Both the position numbers and the translations under genes were made by a program. Source: Octopus vulgaris (taxonomy: Eukaryota). Taken from it: a DNA stretch of 64,000 bases. Below the pieces are notes generated by a model, which worked only from the letters and a program-made list of their open reading frames with translations, was not told where the DNA came from and ran no database searches. Positions 39,110 through 52,514 of this stretch are shown here, piece after piece; the first letter of the stretch is position 1; each line of letters opens with the position of its first letter. The stretch is from NCBI GenBank assembly GCA_951406725.2, contig OX597834.1, forward strand, positions 37,386,001 through 37,450,000, read 5' to 3'.

Positions 39110-39300
39110 TAAATTGTTCCCTTAAAGCTGCATAATTCTGGGGTTTTTTTTCAGTCCTGCCTGGGAACAACACTCTTTTACACAGATCTAGCAATGATAA
39201 GTGCCTCTTGCAACAGGTGTTCAAAGAATTTACCACCCACGCTGACACATGCCTTCGTTCTATCATGGAATTTCTCTTTGAGCATTTGGCCTTTTTTGGC
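39110..39300 (-). mobile_element. Possible Tc1/mariner C-terminal remnant
   Basis: MLKEKFHDRTKACVSVGGKFFEHLL resembles the ..R..AC....G..FEHLL end of Tc1/mariner transposases; short match only. Confidence 0.4.
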
Positions 39301-39648
39301 TACGGCTAACCTTAATATGAAACACATAAGAGAGGTGTTAAAAATTAAGAAATGCCCGTGCCTGGAGCTTTTTAAAGTAAGGAAAGGCCTCTGCACAGGT
39401 TCAATCCCACTCTCTGAATAATGTAATGTATTTGCCACAAAAGAACTATTTTTCTACATTGGATGCAAACAAAGTCACAGGTGTTGTTTCAAAGTTTTCC
39501 TTTCCTTAGCGAGATGTCTAAACAGGTGATGTATATAAAACAGAGATGAAAATTCTCCTGTATCTCTAAATATAACATCTGTACTGTTGCAGTTTCAAAA
39601 ACTGAAAACAACACTACATACATACAGGTATATATATGTATATATGTA

Positions 39649-39687
<39 letters not shown>

Positions 39688-39718
39688 ATGTGTGTGTGTG
39701 TGTGTGTGTGTATATGTA

Positions 39719-39763
<45 letters not shown>

Positions 39764-40170
39764 ATATATATATATATATGTATGTGTGAGTGTATATATA
39801 TATATATATATACATACATATATATATATATATATATACACAAATATATATATATAAACACACACACACATATATATGTATGTATGCTGTACACACACAC
39901 ACATGTGTGCACACAAATATGTGAATATATATAAATACACACATACATATAGGTGCAAATACACAAATACACAGACTCATATATGTACAAACATACACAC
40001 GAACACTTATACACACACACACAATAGCGATGGTGGTGGTGGTGGTGGTGGTTACAATGTTGGTAATGGTGATAGCAGCAGTGGTAATTGTAGCAACATT
40101 AGCAGCAGCAGTTGCAGTACCACCACCACCACCACCACCACCATTCATTTTAAAAATGAATCCAGACACA

Positions 40171-40227
<57 letters not shown>

Positions 40228-40811
40228 ACACACACTTTCCCTCTCTCTCTTTCTTTAACTCAATCATGCTCTTGCTTGCTGGGGCTAGCATTATCCCAGG
40301 CTAGTGGTCCCAGAGGTCATTGTGCATTGAGCTGTCCTGGTTCACCATTCCCCCCCCCCCAGCCCTTCTGCACCATCCAAAATGAAGCAGGGACTGTCAT
40401 AAGGCCTCTTTCAGTCCACAGCTGCTGGATTAAACAAGAGTAAGAACTCCCCCATGAGTGTGTATATAAAGAGCCCCTATGGTCATGAAGGACCATGGGA
40501 TTGCACCTCAGAAGTTACCCTCCAAGGCACAAGTCTGAGCAAAGTTGTTTATGGAAGACCTGCATTCACCCATGCATACCAGCCTCTCCTCTCCACACCA
40601 CCAATGTTATCTAAAGGAAAGGCAAAGGGACCGATACAGCTTGGCAACTCATCTCTGCGGCTGAGTTAACTGGAGCAACATGAAATAAAGTGTCTTGCTC
40701 AAGAACACAACACACAGCCAGGACCGGGAATCAAACTCACAACCTCCTGATTGTGAGCCTTAAACTCTAACAACTGAACCATGAGCCTTTACTTATGGGT
40801 GTGTGTGTATA

Positions 40812-41685
40812 CGGGGTGTGATGGGTAAATTGTCATCATTTTATGTCTTTAATTTCATGCATGCACATCGTTTGTTTTTAATTTTGTCGACTGCACAGTA
40901 TAGTAGGGTTAGTTGGGCACCGATTGTGAGAAAAACAGCAACATGATGCAATTCACTCTGCCAGAAATTTCGAAACAACATGCTGTACTGCTTGGTGTTC
41001 ATACTGGAAGCTCCAATATGAACATTCCATAGTGTTTGGGTGTCAATCTGAGGACATGTACTGAAAATGATAAAAATCAAACAGCCAGTCAACATCAGAG
41101 TGTTTGGAGTGATTACTAGTGATGGTGACATTATACTTCCATTCATCTTCCCACATGGCCTTAGACTTAATAACAGAAGCCTACATCAAGTGCCTGGAGG
41201 AGGTAGTACTATCCTGGGTCAGGCGGGTGGCTGCTGGAAGACCCTATGTCTGGCAAAAGAACTTTGCACCATGCGACATAAGCAGAAGAATCCAGTCATG
41301 GCTGTCAGGCAATTTTTGTGACCACAACACCCCTAACATCTCGCCACCTAACTCCTCAATCTGCAACCCCTTTGATTATTATGTATGGGGCACAGTTGAG
41401 CGAGAGACCAACAAAACTCCCTGTAGCACCAAAGATGAACTGAAGGCAAAGATAATGGTAGCATTCACCAACTTAAACAAGAAGACCACCCAGAAGAGTT
41501 GGAAGGGATTACAAAGGCATCTGGAGGCTGTTGTGGAAGCTAATGGCGATTTTATTGAATAAATTTACTCTTTAGTATTTCAAGATATTTTTATGTAATT
41601 TTATTAAAAATATAAGTTAAAATGTGATGTCAGTATTGTTTTCATTTTTACATAATTTAGACAACAATATATTCACCACACCCTG
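40812..41685 (+). mobile_element. Internally deleted DD37D (maT)-type transposon with TIRs
   Basis: TA|CGGGGTGTGATGGGTAAATTGT ... ACAATATATTCACCACACCCTG|TA; peptide VFGVITSDGDIILPFIFPHGLRLN/EAYIKCLEEVV..GRPYVWQ..AP...PPNSSICNPFDYYVWGTVE...LEAVVEANGDFIE*; catalytic Asp positions decayed. Confidence 0.88.
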
Positions 41686-41759
41686 TATGTATGTGTGTGT
41701 GTACATAAGCTATATACATACATACATACGTATATCCATCCAAAATGTGTTCTGTCGTA

Positions 41760-42140
41760 CAGATCAGCTGTCCTGCTGGTGTGAATTCTCCATGAAAATC
41801 AAGGAGAAAGAGGATAACTATTGAAACAACTCTGAAACTCCCAATTTGTGTATCCAGATGATAAGTTCATATTGAAACCGTTAATAACTGGGGCACATAG
41901 TTATGTTAATAAACACCTTAGTGACAACCTAGAACAGCTAGGATTCCAGAAAAAGAAATCCGCCAGTTTATGCACACATTACAAATATTACAAATAAAAT
42001 TCGTAAGCGGAACAATAAAAATGTGCAAGATATTTCTCCAATTCAAAACGTGAGTCTATTTTCTTGCTTTTTTTATCTACATTGCAACAATGAAGTTTTG
42101 AATCTTTGTTAGAAACCATTTCCTTCCTTGCAGGAAGATT
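41760..42140 (+). mobile_element. Older, more decayed 3' fragment of the same RLE-type LINE family
   Basis: ISCPAGVN..KIKEKEDNY..YPDDKFIL parallels ISCPADVNIKLKIHEKD..LYPD*KFTF at 15840-15950; downstream ttagaaacc.tt.cc motif shared with the 3' UTR. Confidence 0.6.
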
Positions 42141-43079
42141 TCAAATAATTAAAAACAGAAGGTAACATACAGACATATAACAGGCATGCATGCTCACATA
42201 CGTGCACGTATGCACGTATATGCACACACGCATAAATGTACGCAGACATATTCACATGTACTTCCTAATTACAAATTCATACTTGTATTGTTCGGCAGGT
42301 TTAATCTTTAAGCCAAACAGTGAAAATATATAAGACATTTCTTTTTTTCCTTCAGTTCCACAACATGCAATTCTACCGTTGTTGATGTGTAAACGCCAAT
42401 AAGGAGCATTGTTCCATACTAAGAACGCCCCCCCCTCGCCGCTTCCCACACACTCGCCCCCCCCCACCATTCTACATTATCATTTTTTTTTTCTTTTCTT
42501 TACCTTTTTTTTACCGTTTTTTTTTTGTGTGTGTATTCTAGAAGATCAATTTGAAATATTAAAAAAAAAAAAATTGAAAACAAAGGAAGTGAAGGTGGGG
42601 GTGAGGTGGTGGTGGTTGGGGGTGGGGGAGAAGACAATCAATTGAATTATCCAAAAATAGGAATTGGGAAAAACATTCGCATTACATCACCTGGAAACAT
42701 GGCATAGGTTTTGGGGGTTTTTTTTTTTCAATTATTTTATGTGTGCGCACAAATGCATTCACACAGATATGTGTGCATGCAAGCATATGTGTGTAGGAAT
42801 TTATGCATACGTATAAATATATAAATATGCACATATATATTTGTGTGTGTGTATACTCACGTACGTGCATGGGCGTATGTAAGTGTGTGTTTATATATTC
42901 ATGTTTATATGTATATATGTATGCATGCGTGCACACAAAATTTCTATTAGTTCATGTTCACAGATAGACATGCAAAGAAAAAAAATGAGGCCACACACAC
43001 ACGAACACACACACACACACACTTTTATATGTAAAGCTACAAATAAACACAAAACTTAGATTAGATACAATATATATAT

Positions 43080-43080
43080 G

Positions 43081-43140
<60 letters not shown>

Positions 43141-43171
43141 CAGAAAAACAGCCAGACAGACAGATAGACAA

Positions 43172-43236
<65 letters not shown>

Positions 43237-43249
43237 TAGATAGATAGAC

Positions 43250-43284
<35 letters not shown>

Positions 43285-43313
43285 TAGACAGACAGACAGA
43301 CAGATAGATAAAC

Positions 43314-43356
<43 letters not shown>

Positions 43357-43397
43357 TAGACAAATAGACAGACAGACAGACAGACAGATAGATAGAC

Positions 43398-43428
<31 letters not shown>

Positions 43429-43545
43429 GAGACAGACAGACAGACACATAAATAGACAGATAGATAGATAGATTGACAGACAGATAGACAGACAGATAGA
43501 CAGGCAGACAGACATACATTCAGATAGATAGACAGAAAGACAGAC

Positions 43546-43611
<66 letters not shown>

Positions 43612-43619
43612 GTAGATAA

Positions 43620-43656
<37 letters not shown>

Positions 43657-43700
43657 TAGATAGATAGATAGATAGATAGATGGAAAGATAGATGAACTGA
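43080..43700. repeat. (GATA)n/(GACA)n compound tetranucleotide tract
   Basis: Direct; similar tract at 38495-39050. Confidence 0.95.
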
Positions 43701-44312
43701 TAAAGAGATGGATGAATAGATAGATATGTTGATATTCATTTAAATCTTCATCATGGATCAAGAAAACTTTAATTCAGGAAAGTACTCAATACAGGTGCAG
43801 CTTGTATTTCTCTTGCTAACGAGATGGTGCTTCACCATACTATATAACATTTTCATGTATGCGAGCTGGCTTTGCCTTTCATCCTTTCGGGGTTGATAAA
43901 TTAAGTACCAGTTGCATACTGGGGTTGATCTAATTGACTGCTCCCATATATGTATGTGAGCTGAGCTGGCGGAATCGTTAGTGTGCTGGGTGAAATGCTT
44001 AGTGATATTTCGTCTGCCGTTACATTCTGAGTTCAAATACTGCAGACATTAACTTTGTCTTTCATCCTGTACTGGGGTCGATGTAATCAACTTTATCCCT
44101 TTCTCCTTGTTTGTCCCCTCTATGTTTTGCCTCTTGTTGGCAATAAAGAAATAAATATATATAGGTATGCCTTCATATATATTTTTTTCCCAAGTGTCAA
44201 ACTAATATACTTGCTTGCTGTTTCTACACCTGTCTTTGTCTTTGGTTTTTCTATAAAATCTTTCAGTGTTGATTGAGTGGTTCTGTCTCTAAAGTTACTT
44301 TTTTCTGTGTCC

Positions 44313-44348
44313 CTTTCTGTAGAAGAGCGTAGGCTCGAAACATAAAAG
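44313..44348 (+). ncRNA. Hammerhead-like motif with variant core (CUGUAGA), same family as 28147-28184
   Basis: CTTT-CTGTAGA-A-GAGC(GTAG)GCTC-GAAACATA-AAAG; lies between two partially duplicated blocks (about 44180-44260 and 44350-44435), like tandem pseudo-LTRs. Confidence 0.5.
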
Positions 44349-44675
44349 ACTTTTTCTATTCCTGAGTGTTATACTAATACATCTGTTTGTTTTGTACACC
44401 ACCTGGCTTCGTCTTTTGTGTTTTTCGTAAACTCTCCCTATATATATATATATAACATGTACTAAAGGAACTGTGATGAGAAGTTTGCTCCTCGTTCACA
44501 TGGTTCTAGGTTCAGTTTCCTCATGTGGTACCATGTGTCAGAGTTTTGCCTGTACATACATAAATATATATACATATATATAGATATAGATAGATAGATG
44601 GATACACATACATATATACATATATATATTTATATATATATACACACACATATATGAATATATAGATACATACAT

Positions 44676-44723
<48 letters not shown>

Positions 44724-44777
44724 CATAAATATATATATATGAATATAAGTATCTATACACATATACATATAAATATG

Positions 44778-44808
<31 letters not shown>

Positions 44809-45558
44809 TCTTGAATATATGTTTCCTGAGCTTCTCTTTCTTGAATCTACTCACAGGGCTTTGGGTTGCCCCAGGGCTACAATACAAGACACAACCATGT
44901 CTATGCATGCACACTCGTTGTTTATGTTACTTCACTCAATTTTTTTTCCCCTCCCTTATTTACGTATTTCATGTTATTTGCACCGTTGGTGACGTCCTGC
45001 ACCCATACACACCTGCCTATATATATATATATATATATTAATATAGAACTTGTACATCATTAACTCCGTTTTTTTTGTTATTTCAGTTTCCTTTTTTTTC
45101 TTTTTTCCTATGTTTTCCAGGTATTTTCCAGGTGTTTTCTTCTACGTCGTCTTCCCATTTCTTGGAGTCAGCTTCTTCTCATCTTCTTTGTGAAATTTTG
45201 CTTTCCCCCGAAATCAAGCATCACCCTTTCCCGCTCACGTTTCTTTTGCTGGTTCCTTTCAACTGTGTTTTCTTCCATTTCGATGCCTTCCTTGGGCTTC
45301 TTCACACAGCTGTCAGCCACCCCCTACTCCTCGTCCTCCACCCCCTCCTCCTCCTCCATATGCAAACACACACATCTCTACTCCCGGCTCAGTCATCTCT
45401 CTCTCTCACTTTCTCTCTCTCTCTCTCTCTCCCTCTCTCTAGCACATTACATCTTATTCCTCTTCTATCCAAATTTTCTCTCAGCTCAATTTGTGCTCTG
45501 TCAACCATGCACATTAACATTGCACATCTACTAATGCATGCTTGCATTATACATACAT

Positions 45559-45589
<31 letters not shown>

Positions 45590-45628
45590 TATATAATGTT
45601 TGTATACATGATGTTTGTTCAATGTGTA

Positions 45629-45667
<39 letters not shown>

Positions 45668-45852
45668 TTACACTGTGTGTGCAGTATATATGTGTGCATA
45701 TATATATATGAGAATGTGTGTGTATATTCATATATATATATACATACACACACACACACATATATAGATGTGTATATGCATATACATTTTTTTTTACACT
45801 GTGTGTGTATATATATATATATATATGAGAATGTGTGTATATTCGTATATAT

Positions 45853-45909
<57 letters not shown>

Positions 45910-46694
45910 GTTTGTGTACGTGTGTATGGTGTACTTACATATATATGGTGCATGTATGGTATATATATATGTGCATGCATGAGTGCGTATGTATGTGTGT
46001 GTATGCATATATACATATATGCTTATGCATGTGTGCATATGCGTGTGTGTTTGTGTGCACATGTGTTTGTGTATGTGTGTGTGTGTGTGTGTGTGTGTAC
46101 ACATGATGCCAACGGTAATGGTGATAAATACAGATTAGAAGGAAAAGGAAGATGGTGGCGTTGGCGGTGAAGAAGAAGAAGAAGAAGAAAGGAAGGAAGG
46201 TAGGAAAGAAGAAGAAAAGGAGAAGAAGAAGGAAGGAAGGAAGGAAGAAGAAAAGGAGAAGAAGGAGAACAACAACAACAACAAGTTGGGAATAAGGGAA
46301 AAGAAATTTGCAATAAAGGAAAGAAGAGAGAATTTCAGGTGTTTAACTCAAATTGCTATGCACACTGCTGCACTGCATATGCAATGCCTATTGCACTCTG
46401 CATGTGGCACATTGCAGGTGTATGCACAACGTACTCTGTGTGTGTGTGTGTGTATGTGTGATGCATTGTGCATGGTGCACTGCATGTGGTTTTTCACTGT
46501 TTTCAATATCATATTGTGTGTGTGTGTGTGTGTGTGTGTATGATGACATGTGAAGTGCAGTGTGTGTGTGTGCGCCGCACCCTGAATGTGTTGCAGTGTG
46601 CATTTGTGCGGTGCACCATTGTTGTACGTACGTATTGTGCGATGAAATTACTTATTTCGCATTGTGCAACGGTTACATGCTTACATACAAATTA

Positions 46695-48240
46695 ATCATC
46701 TAGCTACTATTGTTACTGTTGTGGTAGTATTAGTAGTAGTAGTGGAGGTGGTAGCGACGGTGGTGGTGGTGATAGTGGTAGTAGTGGAGGTGGTGGCGAC
46801 AGTGGGGGGTGGTGCTGGTGGTGGTGATTGTGTTGGTGGTGGTTGTAGTGGAGGTGGTGGCAACGGTGGTGGTAGTGGTGATGGTGGTGATTGTGTTGGT
46901 GGTGGTTGTAGTGGTGGTAGTGGAAGTGGTAGTGGAAGTGGTAGTGACAGTGGTGGTGGTGGTGATGGTGGTGATTGTGTTGGTGGTGGTTGTTGTGGTG
47001 GTAGTGGAAGTGGTAGTGACAGTGGTGGTGGTGGTGATGGTGGTGATTGTGTTGGGGAGGTGATGGTGGTGGTCGTGGTGGTAGTAGTGATTGTGGTTGC
47101 TTTACTGATGGTGGTGATGTTGGTGTCGGTGAAGGTGGTAGAGGTTGTATTGGTGGCAGTGGTGATAGTGGTGGTGGTGGTGGTGGTGTGTGTGATAGTG
47201 GTACTGCTGCTGCTGATACTGCTGCCACTGCTACTTATGGAGACAGCAAGGGTTAATGTAGTGGCAGTTGTGGTGGTGCTGGTGCCAATGGTACTGGCAG
47301 AGGCACCAGTTAGTACAGGTGGTAGTGTTGGCAGTGGTAGTAATTATAAGGATAATGTTAATACTGAAAGCAATAATAGTGGTGGTAGTTGTGGTGGTGG
47401 TGCCAGCTTGGAGTGGGTCGGTGATGGTGATGGTGACAGTAGTGGTGGTAGTGGTGAGGTGCTAACGGAGATAGAAATGGTAATTTTATCGGTAGTGGTG
47501 GTGGTGGCGGTGGTGGTGGTAGTGGTTGAGGTGGTAATGGTGGTGGTGTGAGGGTAGACTGGGTTAGTGGTGTTGGTGTTGGTGTTAGTAGAGGTGGTAG
47601 TGATAATAATGATAGTAGTAGTAGTGGTGGTGGTTGTGGTGGTGGCAACACAATTCGGTGAAGTGTGAACTGTGATAAGTGACTTGACACTGTTACGGTT
47701 GTAGTGCTCTTGTTGTTGTTGTTGTTGAGGTGGTGGTGGTGGTGATGGTTGTTGAGGTGATGGTGGAGGAGGTGATATGAAAAAAGCTGAAAGGGATGTG
47801 TGCTAGTGCCTGACAAACCATGATGATGGTGGTCATGATGTTATTGATGGTGATGGTGATGGTTGCTGTGGCGGTGGTGGGGATGTTGGCAATCGCAATT
47901 ACTATATTCATGCAGTGGTGGTGGTGATGGTGGGGGACATTGGCGATGACGATGATGACAATGTTGAGGATGATGATGATGATGATGATAATGATGATAG
48001 CAGTGGTGTGGTGGTGGTGGTGATGGTGGGGGACATTGGCGATGACGATGATGACAATGTTGAGGATGATGATGATGATAGCAGTGGTGTGGTGGGGATG
48101 GGGGTGATGGTGGGTATGTTGACGATGACAATATCGATCATTATGACGATGATGACGATGAGGATAATTGCCACAATAGTGGTGGTGGGGAGGAGTTTTG
48201 GCAATGATGATGATGATGGTGGTGATGATGGTAATGGTGA
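46695..48240. repeat. Long degenerate (GGT/GAT/AGT)n field with internal block duplications
   Basis: Repeated ggtgatggtggtgattgtgttggtggtggttgt blocks and an about 85-bp duplication at about 47912-48090. Confidence 0.9.
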
Positions 48241-49247
48241 AGATAGGTTAGAAAATTTAATTAGGAAAAATAGGAACAAAAAAATATGCAGTAAAAATAT
48301 TTAAACAAATGTATCCCAGATCAATTAAAATCTATCAGATTGATCAATTAAGTGTTTAACTTCCACTTTTGATTTTGTTTATTGCTGTTTAGTTGGGGTT
48401 TTTTTTTTGTTGTTGTTGTTGTTTGTATTTATGCCTGTATGTGTGTGTGTGTGAGAAGTGGAGGATGGGGGCCAGCTGCTTGATGCTGGTTAGCTTCTGT
48501 TTGTTTGTTTGTTTATATTATGATTTTTCATTAACTAATTAATAATTAACGACAAATTATAAAATTAATCGATAATAATAATAATAATCATAATATTAAT
48601 AATAATCATAATAATAATAATAAAAACAACAAGAATAACAGTAAATGCGAAAGGAAAAAAAAACACCCTCCCGCCCATCCATTTTACAAAAACAAACAAT
48701 ACATAAATAGAAATATATGGCACACACCCAAGGTACACTTAGCCATTTGTGTTCATTTGTGCAGCAGAAGCATGCAATAATAAAATTTAGTTAAATGAAA
48801 TAACAACAACAACAACAACAATAATGATGATAATCAAAATATTAATAATAATAATAATAATAATAATGATGATGATGATGATGTGTTAGAGAAGAGATAT
48901 ATGTTAAGAGGGAGGTACATAAATTAAAGATTCCACCGTCCCAAAACACTGTGGAAGGAAATTAAACAGTTTAGTCATGCTGGTGACACTTGTGCATACT
49001 TAGGTTGCTCTGCCGGCTCTTTTAAAGATGATCAATTAACCTACACCGATAGCATCTGAACCTTTGATGCCTTGCTAATGCAAAATTGATGATAATATTT
49101 CCTCATTCTGTGATAGAATGGTGCCAACACGTTTAGGGAATCAAGGTGGACGATTAACCTGGTGTTCGTATTTTACAAGTATTTTCTCTTATTGACCCCA
49201 GAAAGTTGATGGTATCCGAGCATAAAGCCTCATGATTATTTCTAACA

Positions 49248-49476
49248 TTAGCCCTTTCATTACCAACCTGGCTGAAATCACCTCTGGCTCTGAGTACAAA
49301 TGTCTTGTTTTCATAAGTTTTGAATTAAAATCTTCCACCAAACCTTAGTCACAATTTATGTTCCAAACACTAGCTTAATGATAACTAAGTTATTTTACTA
49401 AATTCTTTGTTATATTTAAAGTAATTGAAAGAAACGCAGAGCATCTCAACAGAAATATAGTAACAAAAGGGATTAA
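49248..49476. mobile_element. Second copy of the piggyBac-type MITE
   Basis: Shares gttttcataagttttgaattaaaatcttccaccaaac.ttagtcacaattt with 49751-49978; ends TTAG-CCCTTT and AAAGGG-ATTAA. Confidence 0.75.
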
Positions 49477-49750
49477 AATATATATTTCTTTACTACCCAC
49501 AAGGGGCTAAACACAGAGGGGACAAACAAGGATAGACAAAGGGATTAAGTCGATTACATTGACACCAGTGTGAAACTGGTACTTTATTTATTGACCACGA
49601 AAGGTTGAAAGGCAAAGTCGACCTCGGCGGAATTTGAACTCAGAACGTAACGACAGACGAAATACAGCTAAGCATTTTGCCCGGCATGCTAACGTTTCTG
49701 CCAGCTCACCACCTTCAAAAGGGTTAAAAAGTATAAAAGAGAAACAATTC

Positions 49751-49978
49751 TTAACCCTTTTGATATCAACCTGGGGGAAACCGCTTCTGACTCCATATTA
49801 CAAATGTCTAGTTTTCATAAGTTTTGAATTAAAATCTTCCACCAAACTTTAGTCACAATTTGTTCTTAATACTAGCTTTTTGATAGCAAAGTTATTTTGC
49901 TAAATTCTTTGATGTATTTAAATTTAATAGAAAGAAACACAAAGCATTTCAAAATAAAGACCATAGCAAAAGGGTTAA
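49751..49978. mobile_element. piggyBac-type MITE (TTAA-CCCTTT...AAAGGG-TTAA)
   Basis: TTAA at 49751-49754 and 49975-49978 flank CCCTTTTG...CAAAAGGG. Confidence 0.8.
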
Positions 49979-50061
49979 GGAAGCAAGCTGGGACGATGGT
50001 CAGCATACTGGACAAAAGGTTTCCTGGTATTCTCTCTGCCTTTACTGGACAAAGTACTTTA

Positions 50062-50443
50062 CTCTTTTACTTGTTTCAGTCATTTGACTGTGGCCATGCT
50101 GGAGCACCACCTTTAATCGAGCAACTCGACCCCGGGACTTATTCTTTTGTAAGCCCAGTACTTATTCTATCGGTCTCTTTTGCCGAACCGCTAAGTAACG
50201 GGGACATAAACACACCAGCATCGGTTGTCAAGCAATGCTAGGGGGACAAACACACACACGCATATATATACATATATACGACGGGCTTCTTTTCAGTTTC
50301 CGTCTACCGAATCCACTCACAAGGCTTTGGTCAGCCCAAGGCTATAGCAGAAGACACTTGCCCAAGGTGCCACGCAGTGGGACTGAACCTGGAACCATGT
50401 GGTTGGTAAGCAAGCTACTTACCACACAGCCACTCCTGCGCCT
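50062..50443 (-). mobile_element. SINE family A copy (young)
   Basis: Nearly identical to 23272-23702. Confidence 0.85.
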
Positions 50444-50785
50444 ATTGGCATTTTCCTGTCTTTATTTTCTGGGTTCATATTCCACTGCGATCTTTTACTT
50501 TTCATCATTTTGGGGATGATAAATGAAGTACCAGCTGAACATTAAGGTAGCAAGCTGGAGCAATGGTTAGCAATGCCAGACAAAATGAATCATGGCATTT
50601 TCTTTGTCCTTGTTTTCAGTTCAAATTCCACTGAGATCTACCTCACCTTTCATCATTTTGGGGTCAATAAATGAAGTGCCAACTGAAAATTAATGTGGCA
50701 AGCTGGCACAATGGTTAGCATGCTGGACGAAACGCTTAGCAGTATTTCACCTGTTGTAAAAGCGGCAACTGGCAGAAATGTTGGC

Positions 50786-51211
50786 TCTTTCTTAATGATG
50801 ATCTTTAATTAACTGTCGTCGATGACAGATGGGCGTCCACTACACTCATGATCTTCAAGGCTCAGGTGTCCACTGCAAAATCATTTAAACCATTTTCGAG
50901 CTGACCACTCACTGGTCATTTCCTCACAAAATGTTTCGTTGATATTGCTAGCAGTTTCAGATGCTTTACGTACTGTTTTGAAGTTGAATAGCAAAATTGC
51001 TCGAATATCGAACTTTGACAATTCCATTTCAGATGATTGTAACAACGATGAAAAAATTATCAATGTTAATTTATCGATGCATTTGGACAAGTTCATGTCT
51101 GTATAATCAGACAATTGCAAAAAATATGCTTAAAAAATTCTAAAATTTGCAAAAATTCAGAACAAATTCTTCATGGTTCAAAACATTGCTTACTTTTTAC
51201 TCAACCTGATA
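50786..51211 (-). mobile_element. Mariner 5' fragment (TIR plus HTH region)
   Basis: TIR TATCAGGTTGAGTAAAAAGTAA; MELSKFDIRAILLFNFKTVRKASETASNINETFCEEMTSEWSARKWFK*FCSGHLSLEDHECSGRPS is a mariner N-terminal HTH. Confidence 0.85.
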
Positions 51212-51992
51212 TACACAAACACACACAACACACATTCACACAACACAGACACACACAAACACACATACTGGCATCTATCATTTATGATGATGAGCATTCC
51301 AGTTGATCCAATCAACTAACAGCCTGCTCATGAAATTAACATGCAAGTGGCTGAGCACTCCACAGACACATGCACCCATAAAGTAATTCTCAGGGAGATT
51401 CAGCAAGACAGACAGAATGTGACAGGGCTGCTCCCTTGAAAAACAGGTCCTACTCGCCTTTGGCAGCTGAGTGGACTGGAGCAATGTGAAATAAAGAATC
51501 TTGCTCAACGACACAATACACCACTGAGAATTGCACTCACAACCTAACAATCAGGAGGTGAGTACTTTAACCACTAAGTGACATGCCTTTATAGAGGAAA
51601 TATAAACCTGATAAGAGAAGTGGGTATTTTCTGCAGTAAATACGAAACGCAGAGTGTTATCGGTATTACGTAACAGAAATAATATAGCGAGAGTTTGGAG
51701 CATATTATTTGTCAACAATTAATAATAAACCACTATTAAGAATTTAATTAAACAATATTGCAGGAGAACGTTTTAATTAAAACAACAGATTTTTATCAAT
51801 ATGGAATTTCATTAAATTGATTAGTATTCATGGCTGGCATGTTTGTATACACACACACATAAATAAATAAATATATACATACATATATATATATATACAT
51901 ACAGGTATACATTTGTACTTGTATGTGTGTGTGAGACTCTGTGTGTGTGTGTGTATGTGTGTGAGTGTGTGTGAGTGTGTGTGTTTGTGTGT

Positions 51993-52087
<95 letters not shown>

Positions 52088-52514
52088 TGTGTGTGTGTGT
52101 GTGTAGCATCACCAGCACTTTTTTAATGGCCATTTCCTTATCCTGGCACGAATGGATGGGATGGTTTTCACAATGTTTTATCACAATTTGTAGTCCATAT
52201 CTTCCAGGACACACAAGCATGCACACACATATACATACGCACATAGACAACAAGCTTCCTACATTCTCCATCAACCAAATTAGATATTAGCCAAACCATG
52301 GTTATAGCAGAGGACACCTCATTATGATGGCATACAGTAAGACCAAATCTAAACTTCTTCAGATACAAATGCAAAGAAGATAACTGCTGTTGGTGAAGCT
52401 TTAGTGTTAATGAATGACTGAATGTTTTTCTTTTCTTTTTATATGGGACTAACATTTAAAGAATACTAAATCCACTCTGTTTGAAATAAACCATGCTTGC
52501 CAGTTTGTACTTGA

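Noticed and set aside
41067-41562. Active or domesticated transposase gene
   Set aside because: N-terminal half deleted, frameshift near 41170, and catalytic Asp motifs altered (WQKNFAP, PPNSSICNPFD).
42252-42470. Upstream EF-hand exon of the rhomboid (..YEFVIRK)
   Set aside because: No DxDxDG loop and no phase-0 donor compatible with the 33711 acceptor.
42958-43761. 267-aa [11 protein letters not shown] (also 38455-38884)
   Set aside because: Translation of (GATA)n/(GACA)n tracts.
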